Source: a virus
Lineage: Duplodnaviria; Caudoviricetes
Length of the DNA: 64,000 nt
IMG/VR virus record: IMGVR_UViG_3300048923_000295
Span: 1 to 64,000 of that record
Reading direction: 5' to 3' (one strand)
Below, piece by piece: positions 54,174-63,797 of this stretch. How positions within the stretch are numbered: position 1 is the stretch's first letter; each line of letters starts with the position of its first letter. The position numbers were made by a program, and so were the translations under genes. The notes under the pieces were generated by a model that did not search any database, was not told the origin of the DNA, and was given only the letters and a program-made list of their open reading frames with translations.

Positions 54174-54384
54174 ATGATCACTGTGCCCGATCACGCGCCC
54201 CGTCCATTCAAGTCCCGGGCCCAGTGGCGAAGATCGCCTGTTCATGGCGAAGGCCGCGAAGGGCTCCCCGAAGTGGAAGAAGTGGGCGACGGAGAAGGCG
54301 CACGCCACCCCAGGCGGCCCCGTCGCCCGCTACCGCCACCTTCCCGAGCGGACGGGCGGCCCGACGGCACGCACAGCCCGGTAG
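54174..54384 (+). pseudogene. Small gene with apparent +1 frameshift near 54235
   Basis: ATG 54174 gives PFKSRAQWR; a plausible continuation FMAKAAKG..WATEKAHATPGG lies in the next frame, ending TAG 54384. Confidence 0.35.
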
Positions 54385-54650
54385 GAGCTCACGGAGGGGG
54401 CGTCAGGGGACCGCGAAGCCCCTGCCCTTGCGCGACCTGACGGCCGGTCGGCCTGCACCACCGCTTGTCCCGCGCGCTGCACAGCGTCCTGCGCTCGCCT
54501 GCGGGCCCATCTGAGGCGGGGACCGAGCCGGGTGCGCTGCTTCCGGCTCTGAGGGTCCGGATGCGCCGTCCTGCCACTCACCCCGTCCCCGCAGACAGCA
54601 GTGTAACCCCGGTCACACCCAATGACCCGGGGGAAATCCCCCTCCCCCTC

Positions 54651-54679
54651 AAGGCCCGCCCAGGTGGCGGGCCTTCTTC
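54651..54679 (+). terminator. Hairpin upstream of the scaffold gene
   Basis: AAGGCCCGCC-CAGGT-GGCGGGCCTT then CTTC. Confidence 0.5.
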
Positions 54680-54696
54680 ATGCCCGGAGATCCCCT

Positions 54697-55614
54697 GTGC
54701 CCCACGCGCGCCGCCCTCGCACCCTCGACGAGCTGCCCATCCTCGGCCACCGCAAGGACGGCCGGCCGATCCGGCTCATCGCGGGCGGCAACGGCGACGA
54801 CGGCGGGGACACCCTTGGAGGTCAGGCCCCGGCCGACCCCGGGGGTGCACCGGCCGCCGCCCCCGCCGCTCCCCCCGCACCGGCCCGGACGGCCCCCGCG
54901 GTTCCGGCCGCGCCGCCGCAGGCGCCCGCCGTCCCCGCCGCCGGTGGTGGGCTGAGCCTGGCCGACCAAGGCATCACCCCGCAGTCCCTCGCCGCCGCGC
55001 TCGCAGCCCAGCAGCCGAGGCACGCCACCGACTCGGATCGGGACATCTCCCGTCTCCCCCAGTGGGCGCAGACCGAGATCCGCAAGGCCCGTGACGGTGA
55101 GGCCGGCTACCGGGTCCGGTACCGCGAGGCCGAGCAGGCCGGCACCGAGCTGCGGCAGACCATCGCCGATGCCGCCGGCCTCGAAGTGTCCGAGGTCACC
55201 CCCGACACCCTCCAGGACCTTTTCGCGTACGCGGCCGGCGCCGCCCAGCGCGCCGAGGTCACCCAGGCCGCGCTCGTCGCCGCCGTCGAGCACGGCCTCG
55301 ACCCGGCCGCCCTACTGAAGTGGCAGCCGTTCCTCGACGCCGCGGACGCGTTGGACCCGACCGCCGACGACTTCCGGACGAGCATCGGCAGCCTCGTCCG
55401 GGACACCGGCGAGTCCACCCCGATTCTTCGGGCGCTCCAGACCGGCCAGGAGCCGGCACGGGGTGTTCCGTCGCGCTCCGGCGCACCGATTCCCGGCGGG
55501 TCCGGGAATCAGCCCCAGCTCACCATGGACGACGTCAATGCGATGGCCGCCGACGGCCAGTTCGAGCGTATCGACCAACTCCGCCGCGAAGGCAAGCTGT
55601 CCCACCTCATCTGA
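54697..55614 (+). CDS. Capsid scaffolding protein
   Basis: ILGHRKDGRPIRLIAGG N-terminus, Pro/Ala linker, SRLPQWAQTEIRKARDGEAGYR; precedes the major capsid gene. Confidence 0.8.
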   Translation: MPHARRPRTLDELPILGHRKDGRPIRLIAGGNGDDGGDTLGGQAPADPGGAPAAAPAAPPAPARTAPAVPAAPPQAPAVPAAGGGLSLADQGITPQSLAAALAAQQPRHATDSDRDISRLPQWAQTEIRKARDGEAGYRVRYREAEQAGTELRQTIADAAGLEVSEVTPDTLQDLFAYAAGAAQRAEVTQAALVAAVEHGLDPAALLKWQPFLDAADALDPTADDFRTSIGSLVRDTGESTPILRALQTGQEPARGVPSRSGAPIPGGSGNQPQLTMDDVNAMAADGQFERIDQLRREGKLSHLI

Positions 55615-55686
55615 GGTCACGCATTCCAGTACGCGCCCGGGTGGTGCGACTGACAGGACTTTCCGCACCGCCTGAAAGAGAATCAG

Positions 55687-56520
55687 ATGGCCATCAATCG
55701 GTTTGTGCCGATCATCTGGACGTCCGCGCTGATGTCCTCCCTCAAGAAGAGCCTGGTCTACGCGGACCTGTGTAACACCGACTATGAGGGCGAGATCCAG
55801 GCCGCGGGTAACACCGTGAAGATCACGTCGATTTCGCGGCCCACGATCAACAGCTACACCCGCAACAGCAACATCACCTACGAGGAGCTGACCGATGCGC
55901 AGCGGTCCCTCGTCGTGGACCAGGAGAAGTACTGGGCCGTCACCGTCGACGACGTCGACAAGGCCCAGGCCAAGGCCGACGTCGTCAGCGAGGCGATGTC
56001 CGAGGCGGCGTACGCACTGGCCGACACCATCGACCAGTACATCGCCGCGCTCTACACCCAGGCGCAGACCGCGAACCGCCTCGGCACCGTCTCCGTCACC
56101 ACCGCCGACCTTGCGTACACGCAGATCCGGCTGATGAAGCTCAAGCTCGACCAGGCGAACGTGCCGCAGGAGGGCCGCTGGTTCACCTGTCCGCCGTGGT
56201 ACCACTCGCTGCTGCTGGAGAACCAGAAGTTCGTGTCCTACATGAACTCGCAGAGCACCGAGCCGCTGTACAACGGCCGCGTCGGACGCGCCCTCGGATT
56301 CGACATCCGCGTGTCGAACAACGCCCCGCTGGTCACCGGCGACGACTATGCCGTCATGGCGGGCACCAATCGTGCGATCACGTTCGCCCGGCAGCTCACC
56401 AAGACCGAGGCGGGCCGTTCCGAGCAGCGTATCGGCGACTGGATGCGCGGCATCGCGGTGTACGGCGCTAAGGTGATCCGCCCGGAGGGCATCGCGACCA
56501 TGGTCGCGTCTATGACCTGA
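55687..56520 (+). CDS. Major capsid protein
   Basis: FVPIIWTS, NTDYEGEI..GNTVKI, GRVGRALGFDIRVSNN, VYGAKVIRPEG. Confidence 0.9.
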   Translation: MAINRFVPIIWTSALMSSLKKSLVYADLCNTDYEGEIQAAGNTVKITSISRPTINSYTRNSNITYEELTDAQRSLVVDQEKYWAVTVDDVDKAQAKADVVSEAMSEAAYALADTIDQYIAALYTQAQTANRLGTVSVTTADLAYTQIRLMKLKLDQANVPQEGRWFTCPPWYHSLLLENQKFVSYMNSQSTEPLYNGRVGRALGFDIRVSNNAPLVTGDDYAVMAGTNRAITFARQLTKTEAGRSEQRIGDWMRGIAVYGAKVIRPEGIATMVASMT

Positions 56521-56542
56521 TCTTTCCCCGCCATTCTTCATC

Positions 56543-56564
56543 GCCCCTCACAGGGGCTTTTTTT
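56543..56564 (+). terminator. Intrinsic terminator after the major capsid gene
   Basis: GCCCC-TCACA-GGGGC-TTTTTTT. Confidence 0.75.
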
Positions 56565-56583
56565 ATGCCCAAAGGAGGGCGAT

Positions 56584-56964
56584 ATGGCGCGCACCGCCAT
56601 TCCCTACACCAACCTGGTCGCCAACGGGAACGTCGCGCAGCCGGCCGGCACGACGATCGACGCGACGAACAGCCACGTCATCAACTCGGCCCGGCCCGAG
56701 CAGACGGTCCTGCGGGTCACGAACACCCACAGCTCCGACCACGTGCTCACCATCAAGGCCGGGGACTACCCGCCCGCGTGGGCCGCCGGCCTCGGCGACC
56801 TCACCGTCACCGTCACCGCCACCTCGGGGGTGCAGTTCATCGGCCCGTTCGAGTCCGGCCGGTTCCTGAAGAAGAACACCGACGGCACGGCCGCGCTGAA
56901 CATCGACATCGAGGCCGGGCACACCGGGACCATCGCCGCCCTGCTCGTCCCCCTGGCCGCCTGA
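56584..56964 (+). CDS. Putative capsid decoration protein
   Basis: AAGGAGG RBS; beta-rich; follows the major capsid gene. Confidence 0.65.
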   Translation: MARTAIPYTNLVANGNVAQPAGTTIDATNSHVINSARPEQTVLRVTNTHSSDHVLTIKAGDYPPAWAAGLGDLTVTVTATSGVQFIGPFESGRFLKKNTDGTAALNIDIEAGHTGTIAALLVPLAA

Positions 56965-57314
56965 TGGCCGCCGAGGACGCCGCGCCGCTGACCGTGTTCC
57001 TGCGGCACGGCGGGGACCTGAACGAGCACGACTGGCCGCTGCACCCGGACATCGCCGAGCAGCTCGCGAAGGGCATGGTCACCCAGGCGTCGGAGCCCGG
57101 GCCGGCGACCTGGTTCAAGCCGCCGGAGACCGTGCCGTCGGAGTCGGAGCAGACCGGCCGGGAGATCTACGCCGACGACAGACCGCTTGTCCCGCACCGC
57201 GGCGCGCCCAAGAGCGAGTGGGTGGGCTACGCGGTGAAGGTCCACGGGGTCCGGCCTGACGACGCCGACGCGATGACGAAGCAGGACCTGATCGACCGGT
57301 ACGGGCAGGGCTGA
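56964..57314 (+). CDS. Hypothetical protein with C-terminal helical hairpin
   Basis: PKSEWVGYAV...MTKQDLIDRYG. Confidence 0.6.
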   Translation: MAAEDAAPLTVFLRHGGDLNEHDWPLHPDIAEQLAKGMVTQASEPGPATWFKPPETVPSESEQTGREIYADDRPLVPHRGAPKSEWVGYAVKVHGVRPDDADAMTKQDLIDRYGQG

Positions 57315-57316
57315 CC

Positions 57317-57550
57317 ATGTCCAACCCGTACCGCGACCGGCTGCTCGGGGTTGGGGTCCTGCGTCACGGCAGGACCCGACCCCGGGTTCGTGAGGGCCGC
57401 TCCCACCCGGAGACCGGCGTCCCGTTCAAGGCCGTCACCGACGAGCTCGGATCCATCACGACCGAGCACGCCACCCGAGACGACCGGGTCGACGTCAACA
57501 TCGCCGCGCCGCTCGTGCGCACACACCTATCCCAGAGCGAGGTCCGCTAA
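57317..57550 (+). CDS. Hypothetical protein
   Basis: Coupled. Confidence 0.55.
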   Translation: MSNPYRDRLLGVGVLRHGRTRPRVREGRSHPETGVPFKAVTDELGSITTEHATRDDRVDVNIAAPLVRTHLSQSEVR

Positions 57551-57819
57551 TGGACGAGCTGACCGACCTTCTCGGCGAGCTCAACGCCGACCAGCGGGCG
57601 GCGCTCCTCGCCCAGGTCCGCGGCCCGATCGTCGAGCGGCGTCTGGCCGCCGAGCTGGACGCGGCCACCGACACACACCGCGCCGAGCAGACCGACGAGT
57701 CCCGCGCCGCCTACCGGGCCGCCAACGACGCCCTCGTCTCCCACCGGCGGCAGATGCGCGCCGGACGCACCGGCGTTGGTGTCGGCGGCGACGCGGTCAT
57801 GACCAGACAGGAGCAGTAG
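57550..57819 (+). CDS. Hypothetical protein
   Basis: TAATG coupling. Confidence 0.55.
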   Translation: MDELTDLLGELNADQRAALLAQVRGPIVERRLAAELDAATDTHRAEQTDESRAAYRAANDALVSHRRQMRAGRTGVGVGGDAVMTRQEQ

Positions 57820-57822
57820 GCC

Positions 57823-58302
57823 ATGGCGATCACCGTTTCCGGGCTGTACGTCGCGAACTGGATCGACATCCTCGACGCGACGCAGCTCGCGATCGACACG
57901 AGCCTGACCACGCACAAGCTCGCCCTCTACAACAACACCCTCACTCCGAACTTCTCCAGCGACGTCGGCTACGGCGCCGCGCCGTTCACCTCCAACGAGG
58001 TGAGCGGTACCGGCTGGGCGTCGGGCGGTGTCGCGCTCTCGGCCGCCGCGTCCGGCGCGACGAGCACCTCGCCGACCACCACCGAGTCGCCCACCGGCAC
58101 GCTCATGTACGACATGGGCGACGTCGCCGTGTCGGGCACGACGCTCACCAACGCCCGCGGAGTCGTGCTCTACGCGAACGCGCTCACCAACAAGAACGCC
58201 ATCGTCCTGATCAACTTCGGGGCCGACTATTCCACGAACAATGGAATCTTCGGGATCACGTGGGCCGCGGGCGGTGTGTTCAACATCGATCTTACCCCGT
58301 AG
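57823..58302 (+). CDS. Structural (fibre-associated) protein
   Basis: HKLALY, NEVSGTGWASGGVAL, INFGADYS beta-rich pattern. Confidence 0.6.
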   Translation: MAITVSGLYVANWIDILDATQLAIDTSLTTHKLALYNNTLTPNFSSDVGYGAAPFTSNEVSGTGWASGGVALSAAASGATSTSPTTTESPTGTLMYDMGDVAVSGTTLTNARGVVLYANALTNKNAIVLINFGADYSTNNGIFGITWAAGGVFNIDLTP

Positions 58303-58336
58303 CCGCGCGGCGCCTCACACAAGAACGGACCGATCA

Positions 58337-58807
58337 ATGGCGAAAGCCGGATACAGCATCGTCACAGGCGGAGCCGTTGCTCTTTCCGCAGCCACCGCGA
58401 AAACGATCCTCGGTGTGAAGGCAACGTCCGGGTTCGGTATCGACCTTCAGTATGTCGAGGTGGGTTTCGACGGGGTCACTGCCGGCGCGACGCCGGTTCT
58501 CGTGGAAATCCAGTATTGCACGTGGGCGTCGAACTCGCCGGGTACGAACTCCACCTCGGTCACGCCCGCGCAGATCTACGGCCGGGCGGTCACGGTCGGA
58601 GCTACCGCAGCGAAAACTTGGACCACGGAACCGACGGCCATCACCACCTTCGACGAGGAGCTGCTGACCCCGTACGGCGGTCTCGTGAAATACGACTGGC
58701 CGTTGGGGCGCACCCCGGACAGTAACGTGAGCGAGGGGTTCACTATTCGCTGTACGGCTCCGGCCGCGGTGAACGTCCGCGCGACGATGATTTTCGAGAG
58801 GATCTGA
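58337..58807 (+). CDS. Structural beta-sandwich protein
   Basis: Thr/Gly-rich; located in the fibre cluster. Confidence 0.55.
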   Translation: MAKAGYSIVTGGAVALSAATAKTILGVKATSGFGIDLQYVEVGFDGVTAGATPVLVEIQYCTWASNSPGTNSTSVTPAQIYGRAVTVGATAAKTWTTEPTAITTFDEELLTPYGGLVKYDWPLGRTPDSNVSEGFTIRCTAPAAVNVRATMIFERI

Positions 58808-58813
58808 TCCGGG

Positions 58814-59389
58814 GTGGCGTCAGTCGCCGACTCGTTCACGTCCGGGACCGGGATCACGGCGCTTGTCGGGTCGTTCACGGCGACGGGCGGCCAGATCACC
58901 TCAGCGACCACAGGTAGTTTCGTCATCGGCCAGTATCAGGGCACTACTCTCGGCGCCGATCAGTTCGCTGAGATGACAATCGCGACGTTGGATGCGACAA
59001 CGTCACGACGGTGGGGTGTCGCCACCCGCCTCGGCACCGCAGGGGCTAACTACCAGCTTTATCTGGACGCATCGGCCGGCGGCACATGGGAATTGTCGAA
59101 ATACACATCGTTTACCTACGCGACGGTTTCCGGTGTGCAGGCAATCACCATTTCTCTACCGATGAGAATCCGCCTGGAATCGATCGGCTCAACTCAGCGG
59201 GCGATCATCAATGGGATTCCTGTTGGCGCCTACACGGACACTGGCGTGGCCACAGGAACTTATGTGGGGATCTACGGAAACGAACCAAACTCTGCCGTCG
59301 CCGGTGACGATTTTTACGGTGGCGACATGACACCGCCGCCGCCAACGCCGATGTCGCGTGCCGCGCTGGTCCGCGCGTCGTCGATCTGA
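58814..59389 (+). CDS. ConA/LamG-like lectin-fold protein
   Basis: ADQFAEMTI, IRLESIGSTQRAIING, YVGIYG; visibly lower GC. Confidence 0.55.
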   Translation: MASVADSFTSGTGITALVGSFTATGGQITSATTGSFVIGQYQGTTLGADQFAEMTIATLDATTSRRWGVATRLGTAGANYQLYLDASAGGTWELSKYTSFTYATVSGVQAITISLPMRIRLESIGSTQRAIINGIPVGAYTDTGVATGTYVGIYGNEPNSAVAGDDFYGGDMTPPPPTPMSRAALVRASSI

Positions 59390-59404
59390 TCCGGAGGTCG
59401 GGCC

Positions 59405-62400
59405 GTGGCGCGTGTGGGACGTGGGATCCCGAACCGGCCGGTCATCGTCAGCCCCGTGCCGGTGGCGTCGTCCAGCGATGCGTCGGTGTCCGCAGCCGCG
59501 GTTGCCGGAGTTGCCGCGGTTCCGGCGGCGAGCCTGTCGACCGGGTCCACGCTCACCGCGGCGGCTGTCGCCGCTGTCGCCTCGGTCCCAGGGCCGACGG
59601 TCGGTGGTGGTGCGTCGGCCACACCTGCGACGGTGGCGGGCACGGCGAGTATCCCGGGCCCGGCTGTCAGCGCAGGGTGGACGGGGATCGGGGCTGTCGG
59701 CTCGGGCGCGGTCTCGCGGGCAACCGCAGGCGGCACGACTCCGACGTTGCCCGCCGGGCTGATCGCCAATGATCTGATGGTCCTGGTCGACGGCGTTGTC
59801 TCCTGGGCTGGCACCGGGGGTCCTGCGACTCCGGGGACGCCGTCAGGGTGGACGCAGGTCACTAGCTACCTGAACTCGGGTAGCAGCGGTTTCGCCCGGG
59901 TGACGCTCTACTACCGGCTGTACCAGCCGGGCGACACGGCGCCGACGGTCTCGTACACGGCGAACTCGGGCGGCGGCTCGGACAACCACGCATCCCAGAT
60001 CCACGCCTACCGCGGCAACGCGACCAGCTCGATCCAGGATGCGGTCGGCTCCGGGGCGTCGACCGCGCAGAGCTCCACCGCGGTGGGGACGATCACCGGT
60101 CTGACGACGACCGCCGCGGGCAGCATGGTGCTGGTCGCCGCGGTCCGCGATGACCAGCCGACCACCTCCACCGTGCTGACCGGTGACGGGCTGACCTGGG
60201 CGAAAGAAGCCGACTACTCCGACGGCACCGCCAACGGGCTGAGCCTGATCACCCAGTATGCGGTCACAACCACGGCCCTGACGGTCACCAGCAAGACCAT
60301 TGCGCTCACCGGGTCGGCGGACGCCGCCGGCGCGGCGTTGATGTGGGCGTTCAAGGCCCTCGCCGCCGCCGCACCGGCCACCGTTTCCGCCGTGGCCGGC
60401 GTCCCCTCGGCCGCAGCGACCGTCAGCGTGAGCGTGACCGCTACCACGGTCGCAGGTGTCGCCTCGATCCCGTCCGTGCAGGCCGCGGGCGGGGCGGGCA
60501 CAACACCGGCGTCCGTCGCCGCAGTCGCGTCGATCCCTGCTCCGGCGCTGATGACCGGCTCGACGATCGCAGCCACAGCGGTAGCCGGGACCGCGTCCGT
60601 CGCTGCCGTGCAGGTGCTGGTCTCCCCGCAGGTCGCCACCGTTGCGGGGGTCGTGGGTGTTCCCGCGGCGACGCTGGCCGCAGGTGCCGGCGCCGCCCCG
60701 ACCGGCGTCGCCGGTGTTGCGGCCGTACCTGCCGTGACCGTGCAGGCCGGTGTCGGAACAGCTCCTGCCACTGTGGCCGGCGTCGGAGCTGTTCCCGCGC
60801 CGGCTCTCGTCGCCGGATCGGTCGCCACACCCGGTGTTGTCGCTGGTGTCGCCGCGGTGCCGCAAGCATCGGTCGGGATCAGCCCGGCCAGCGTCGCCGC
60901 GGTCGCCCTGGTCCCCGCGCCGGCTCTCGTCGCCGGATCGACGCTCGACGTCGCCGCGGTCGCCGGGGTCAGCGCCGTTCCCTCGTCCGTGGCTGCGGGG
61001 GGCGCCGGGACGAGCCCGGCCGTGGTCACCGCCGTCGCCTCGGTGCCGGCCGTTGTCGCCTCGGCGAACTCGAATGCGACACCCGGTGTTGCGTCGGCCG
61101 CTGTGTCGATTCCGGCCGTGCAGGTTGCAGTCAGCCCGCAGGTTGCTGCGGTCGCTGCGGTTGCTGCGGTGCCAGGCCCGACCCCGACCGTCAGCTCCAC
61201 CGCCGCACCCGCCACGGTCACGGCCGTTGCCGTGGCGCCGGCCGCCTCGGAGCAGGGCGGCGCGGACAGCGTCCCGGCCACGGTCGTCGCCGTCGTCTCG
61301 GTCCCATCGGCCGCCGTGACAGCCGGCTCGACGGCCACCCCGGTCGTCGTTGCCGGAGTCGGACAGGTGCCGGCGGCCACGCTGGGCATCGCGCCAAACA
61401 CGGTCATCGCGATCGGCGCAGTGGCGGCGCCGGTGTTGTCTGCCGGGTCGGCGTCGGCCCCGGCCGTCGTGGCCGGCGTCGGCGATGTTCCCACCGTGCT
61501 GGTGCACAGCGGTGCCGGCGCCGCTCCGGTTGCGGTCACCTCCACCGCCTCGATCCCCGCCGCGGCGCTGACGACCGGTGGTACCGCCGCGCCAGGCTCC
61601 GTGGCCGGTACAGCGCAGGTACCCGAGGTGGTACTCGCCGGTATCGCCCGGGCAGCGACGGTCACCACGGTCGGTGCGGTCCCGGCCCCGGGCGTCACCG
61701 CTGGTTCCACTCTCACGGCCACGACCGTCGCCGGTGTCGCCCTTGTCCCGGCAGTGTCCGCGGCGGGAGGCGCGGGCGCGCAGCCGAACGTCATCACCGC
61801 AGCCGCGGACGTTCCCGCCGCGGCCATCACGACCAGCCCGACCATCATCGCCGTGGCAGTCTCGGCCACGGTTACCGTGCCCGCGCCGAGCATCATCACA
61901 GAATCGGTCATCGCCGCCACGGCGGTGGTCGGCGTCGCGGACGTTCCGGCCGGCACGGGCGCGGGCGGTGCGGTAGCTGGCCCGGCCACGGTATCCGTGT
62001 TCGCGGCGGTCCCGGATCCGGCGGCGGCGGCGGCGGGCACCACGGCCACGGTCGCCGCGGTGGCCGCAGTCGTGTCCGTGTCGACGCCCGCCTTGTCCGT
62101 CGACGCTGCCATCACGCCCGCCGCGGCGGGCGGTGCCGCCGAGATCCCGGTGCCCGTCGCGTCGGCCAGTGCCACTGCCGGCCCGGTCGCGGTCGTCGGC
62201 ATCGTCTCGATCCCAACAGCGTCTGCGGCTGGCGGCGCGGTAGTCACCGCAGTCGCGGTGTCCTGCGGGCCGCCGCAGATCCCCCCGGTGGTGCTCGCGT
62301 TCGACAGCACCGCGCCCGCGGGTTCGCTGGCTGGTGCGGCACAGATCCCGGTCGCCGTGGTCGCGGTCGGCTCGACGCTGCTCGTCGCCACGGTCGGCCT

Positions 62401-62599
62401 CGCCGCGACCGTCCCGGCTGTGGACGTGCACGGCGGCGCCAACGTGGCGCCCGACACTGTGGCCGCCTCGGCGCAGATCCCGGTGATCGCCGTCTATGTG
62501 GTGCATCGCAAGGGCCGGCTCACCGGCGGGGCACAGTACCTACCCGGCCTGACCGGCACGGCGCGACCGACTGCCACCCTGACCGGTTCTGCCAGCTGA
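59405..62599 (+). CDS. 1064-aa Ala/Val-rich repeat fibre protein
   Basis: Many PA(T/S)VA(G/A)VA(A/S)(V/I)P repeats around one globular domain. Confidence 0.7.
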   Translation: MARVGRGIPNRPVIVSPVPVASSSDASVSAAAVAGVAAVPAASLSTGSTLTAAAVAAVASVPGPTVGGGASATPATVAGTASIPGPAVSAGWTGIGAVGSGAVSRATAGGTTPTLPAGLIANDLMVLVDGVVSWAGTGGPATPGTPSGWTQVTSYLNSGSSGFARVTLYYRLYQPGDTAPTVSYTANSGGGSDNHASQIHAYRGNATSSIQDAVGSGASTAQSSTAVGTITGLTTTAAGSMVLVAAVRDDQPTTSTVLTGDGLTWAKEADYSDGTANGLSLITQYAVTTTALTVTSKTIALTGSADAAGAALMWAFKALAAAAPATVSAVAGVPSAAATVSVSVTATTVAGVASIPSVQAAGGAGTTPASVAAVASIPAPALMTGSTIAATAVAGTASVAAVQVLVSPQVATVAGVVGVPAATLAAGAGAAPTGVAGVAAVPAVTVQAGVGTAPATVAGVGAVPAPALVAGSVATPGVVAGVAAVPQASVGISPASVAAVALVPAPALVAGSTLDVAAVAGVSAVPSSVAAGGAGTSPAVVTAVASVPAVVASANSNATPGVASAAVSIPAVQVAVSPQVAAVAAVAAVPGPTPTVSSTAAPATVTAVAVAPAASEQGGADSVPATVVAVVSVPSAAVTAGSTATPVVVAGVGQVPAATLGIAPNTVIAIGAVAAPVLSAGSASAPAVVAGVGDVPTVLVHSGAGAAPVAVTSTASIPAAALTTGGTAAPGSVAGTAQVPEVVLAGIARAATVTTVGAVPAPGVTAGSTLTATTVAGVALVPAVSAAGGAGAQPNVITAAADVPAAAITTSPTIIAVAVSATVTVPAPSIITESVIAATAVVGVADVPAGTGAGGAVAGPATVSVFAAVPDPAAAAAGTTATVAAVAAVVSVSTPALSVDAAITPAAAGGAAEIPVPVASASATAGPVAVVGIVSIPTASAAGGAVVTAVAVSCGPPQIPPVVLAFDSTAPAGSLAGAAQIPVAVVAVGSTLLVATVGLAATVPAVDVHGGANVAPDTVAASAQIPVIAVYVVHRKGRLTGGAQYLPGLTGTARPTATLTGSAS

Positions 62600-62617
62600 C
62601 GAGGAGAGGAGACGACC

Positions 62618-63331
62618 GTGTCCGGGCTGCCTTACACCGTCGGTGACGCCGTGCGCCTCACCCTCAACGTCGCCGACATCGACGGCGCCGCCGACGACCC
62701 GGACACGATCGCGCTCGACGTCGAGCTGCCCGACGGGGCGCACACCGCTATACCGTCGGGCGACCTCGTCCATCAGGCGCTGGGCCTGTACCTGTACGAC
62801 TACACCGCCACCGTCGCCGGCCGGCACATGGCCCGCTGGACGACCACCCTGCCTGACGGGCTGCTCATCACCGAGTTCGACGTCGCGCCCGCTCTGGATT
62901 CGACGACGCCGTACCGGCCGGTGTACGCCACGGCGGCGGACTACCGGCAGGTCACCGGACAGGACCCGCCCCCGGACGCGATCCGCCGCCTGGCCGACGC
63001 CAGCGAGTATCTCGATGAGCTACTGATCACGTCGTGGTACGAGACCGACCCGGAAACCGAGCTACCGACCGATCCGCGGATCGCCGCGGCGATGGCCCGC
63101 GCGGTCTGCTGGCAGGTCCACTGGGAGGAGACAACCGGGGACCGGGACGGCCTGGGGCTGGTCTACCCGTCGATGAGCATCGGGTCGGTGTCGATCAGCC
63201 GCGGGTCGGGCAGTGGGGGGACGACCGGGTCAGCGTGGGACCGAGCCGCACCCCGGCTCGTCACCGCGCTGCGGACCGCTGTGGACTCGCGCGGGTATGC
63301 GCTGCTCGGGCACCCGATCGTCCTCGGCTGA
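62618..63331 (+). CDS. Head-tail adaptor with N-terminal Ig-like extension
   Basis: VYATAADY, ASEYLDELL, AVCWQV, SMSIGSVSIS; N-terminal GLYLYDYTATVAGRHMARW. Confidence 0.7.
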   Translation: MSGLPYTVGDAVRLTLNVADIDGAADDPDTIALDVELPDGAHTAIPSGDLVHQALGLYLYDYTATVAGRHMARWTTTLPDGLLITEFDVAPALDSTTPYRPVYATAADYRQVTGQDPPPDAIRRLADASEYLDELLITSWYETDPETELPTDPRIAAAMARAVCWQVHWEETTGDRDGLGLVYPSMSIGSVSISRGSGSGGTTGSAWDRAAPRLVTALRTAVDSRGYALLGHPIVLG

Positions 63332-63619
63332 CAGCACGGTGATCGTCGCGTCCGGGGCGAGCGGCACCCACCGGCCGCCCTGCGAGCCGTAGGCCCGTCG
63401 GCAGCCGCAGAACCAGACGTTCCCGGCGGGAAGTTCAGGCGTCCAGCCGCTCGCGGTCACCGCCCGCACCATCGGCGGCCGGCACCGGTGGATCCACCCC
63501 GTCGGGGCTGCATGGTCCCAGCGCACCCGACCATCATCCCGGATCGGTGGCGGATGACGGCCGCGCGGGTACGCGGCGCCTTGGGCCGCTAGACGACTAG
63601 GAGTACCGATCAACCGCCG

Positions 63620-63703
63620 GGGTGCCCGCCGGGATTTGAACCCGGGTTCCGCGTCCCCGCGCGGACCGTCACGGCTGATCGTAGCCGGCTCGTTGTAGCG
63701 GGC
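63620..63703 (-). ncRNA. tRNA-like structured element (non-canonical)
   Basis: T-arm CCGGG-TTCAAAT-CCCGG, extra arm TCCGCG/CGCGGA, arm CGGCT-ACGATC-AGCCG, 5-bp GCCCG/CGGGC closure. Confidence 0.45.
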
Positions 63704-63797
63704 CGGCCGGTCTCACCGGGCTTATATGTGCGGCCCGGCCGCGAACCCCCGCCCGCATCGCGTGATCCGCGCCACACGTCTCTCCCTGGGAGGTCCG

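Noticed and set aside
63230-63613. Minus-strand gene downstream of the tRNA-like element
   Set aside because: It overlaps the adaptor gene by ~100 bp and has no recognisable motif; not excluded, but unsupported.
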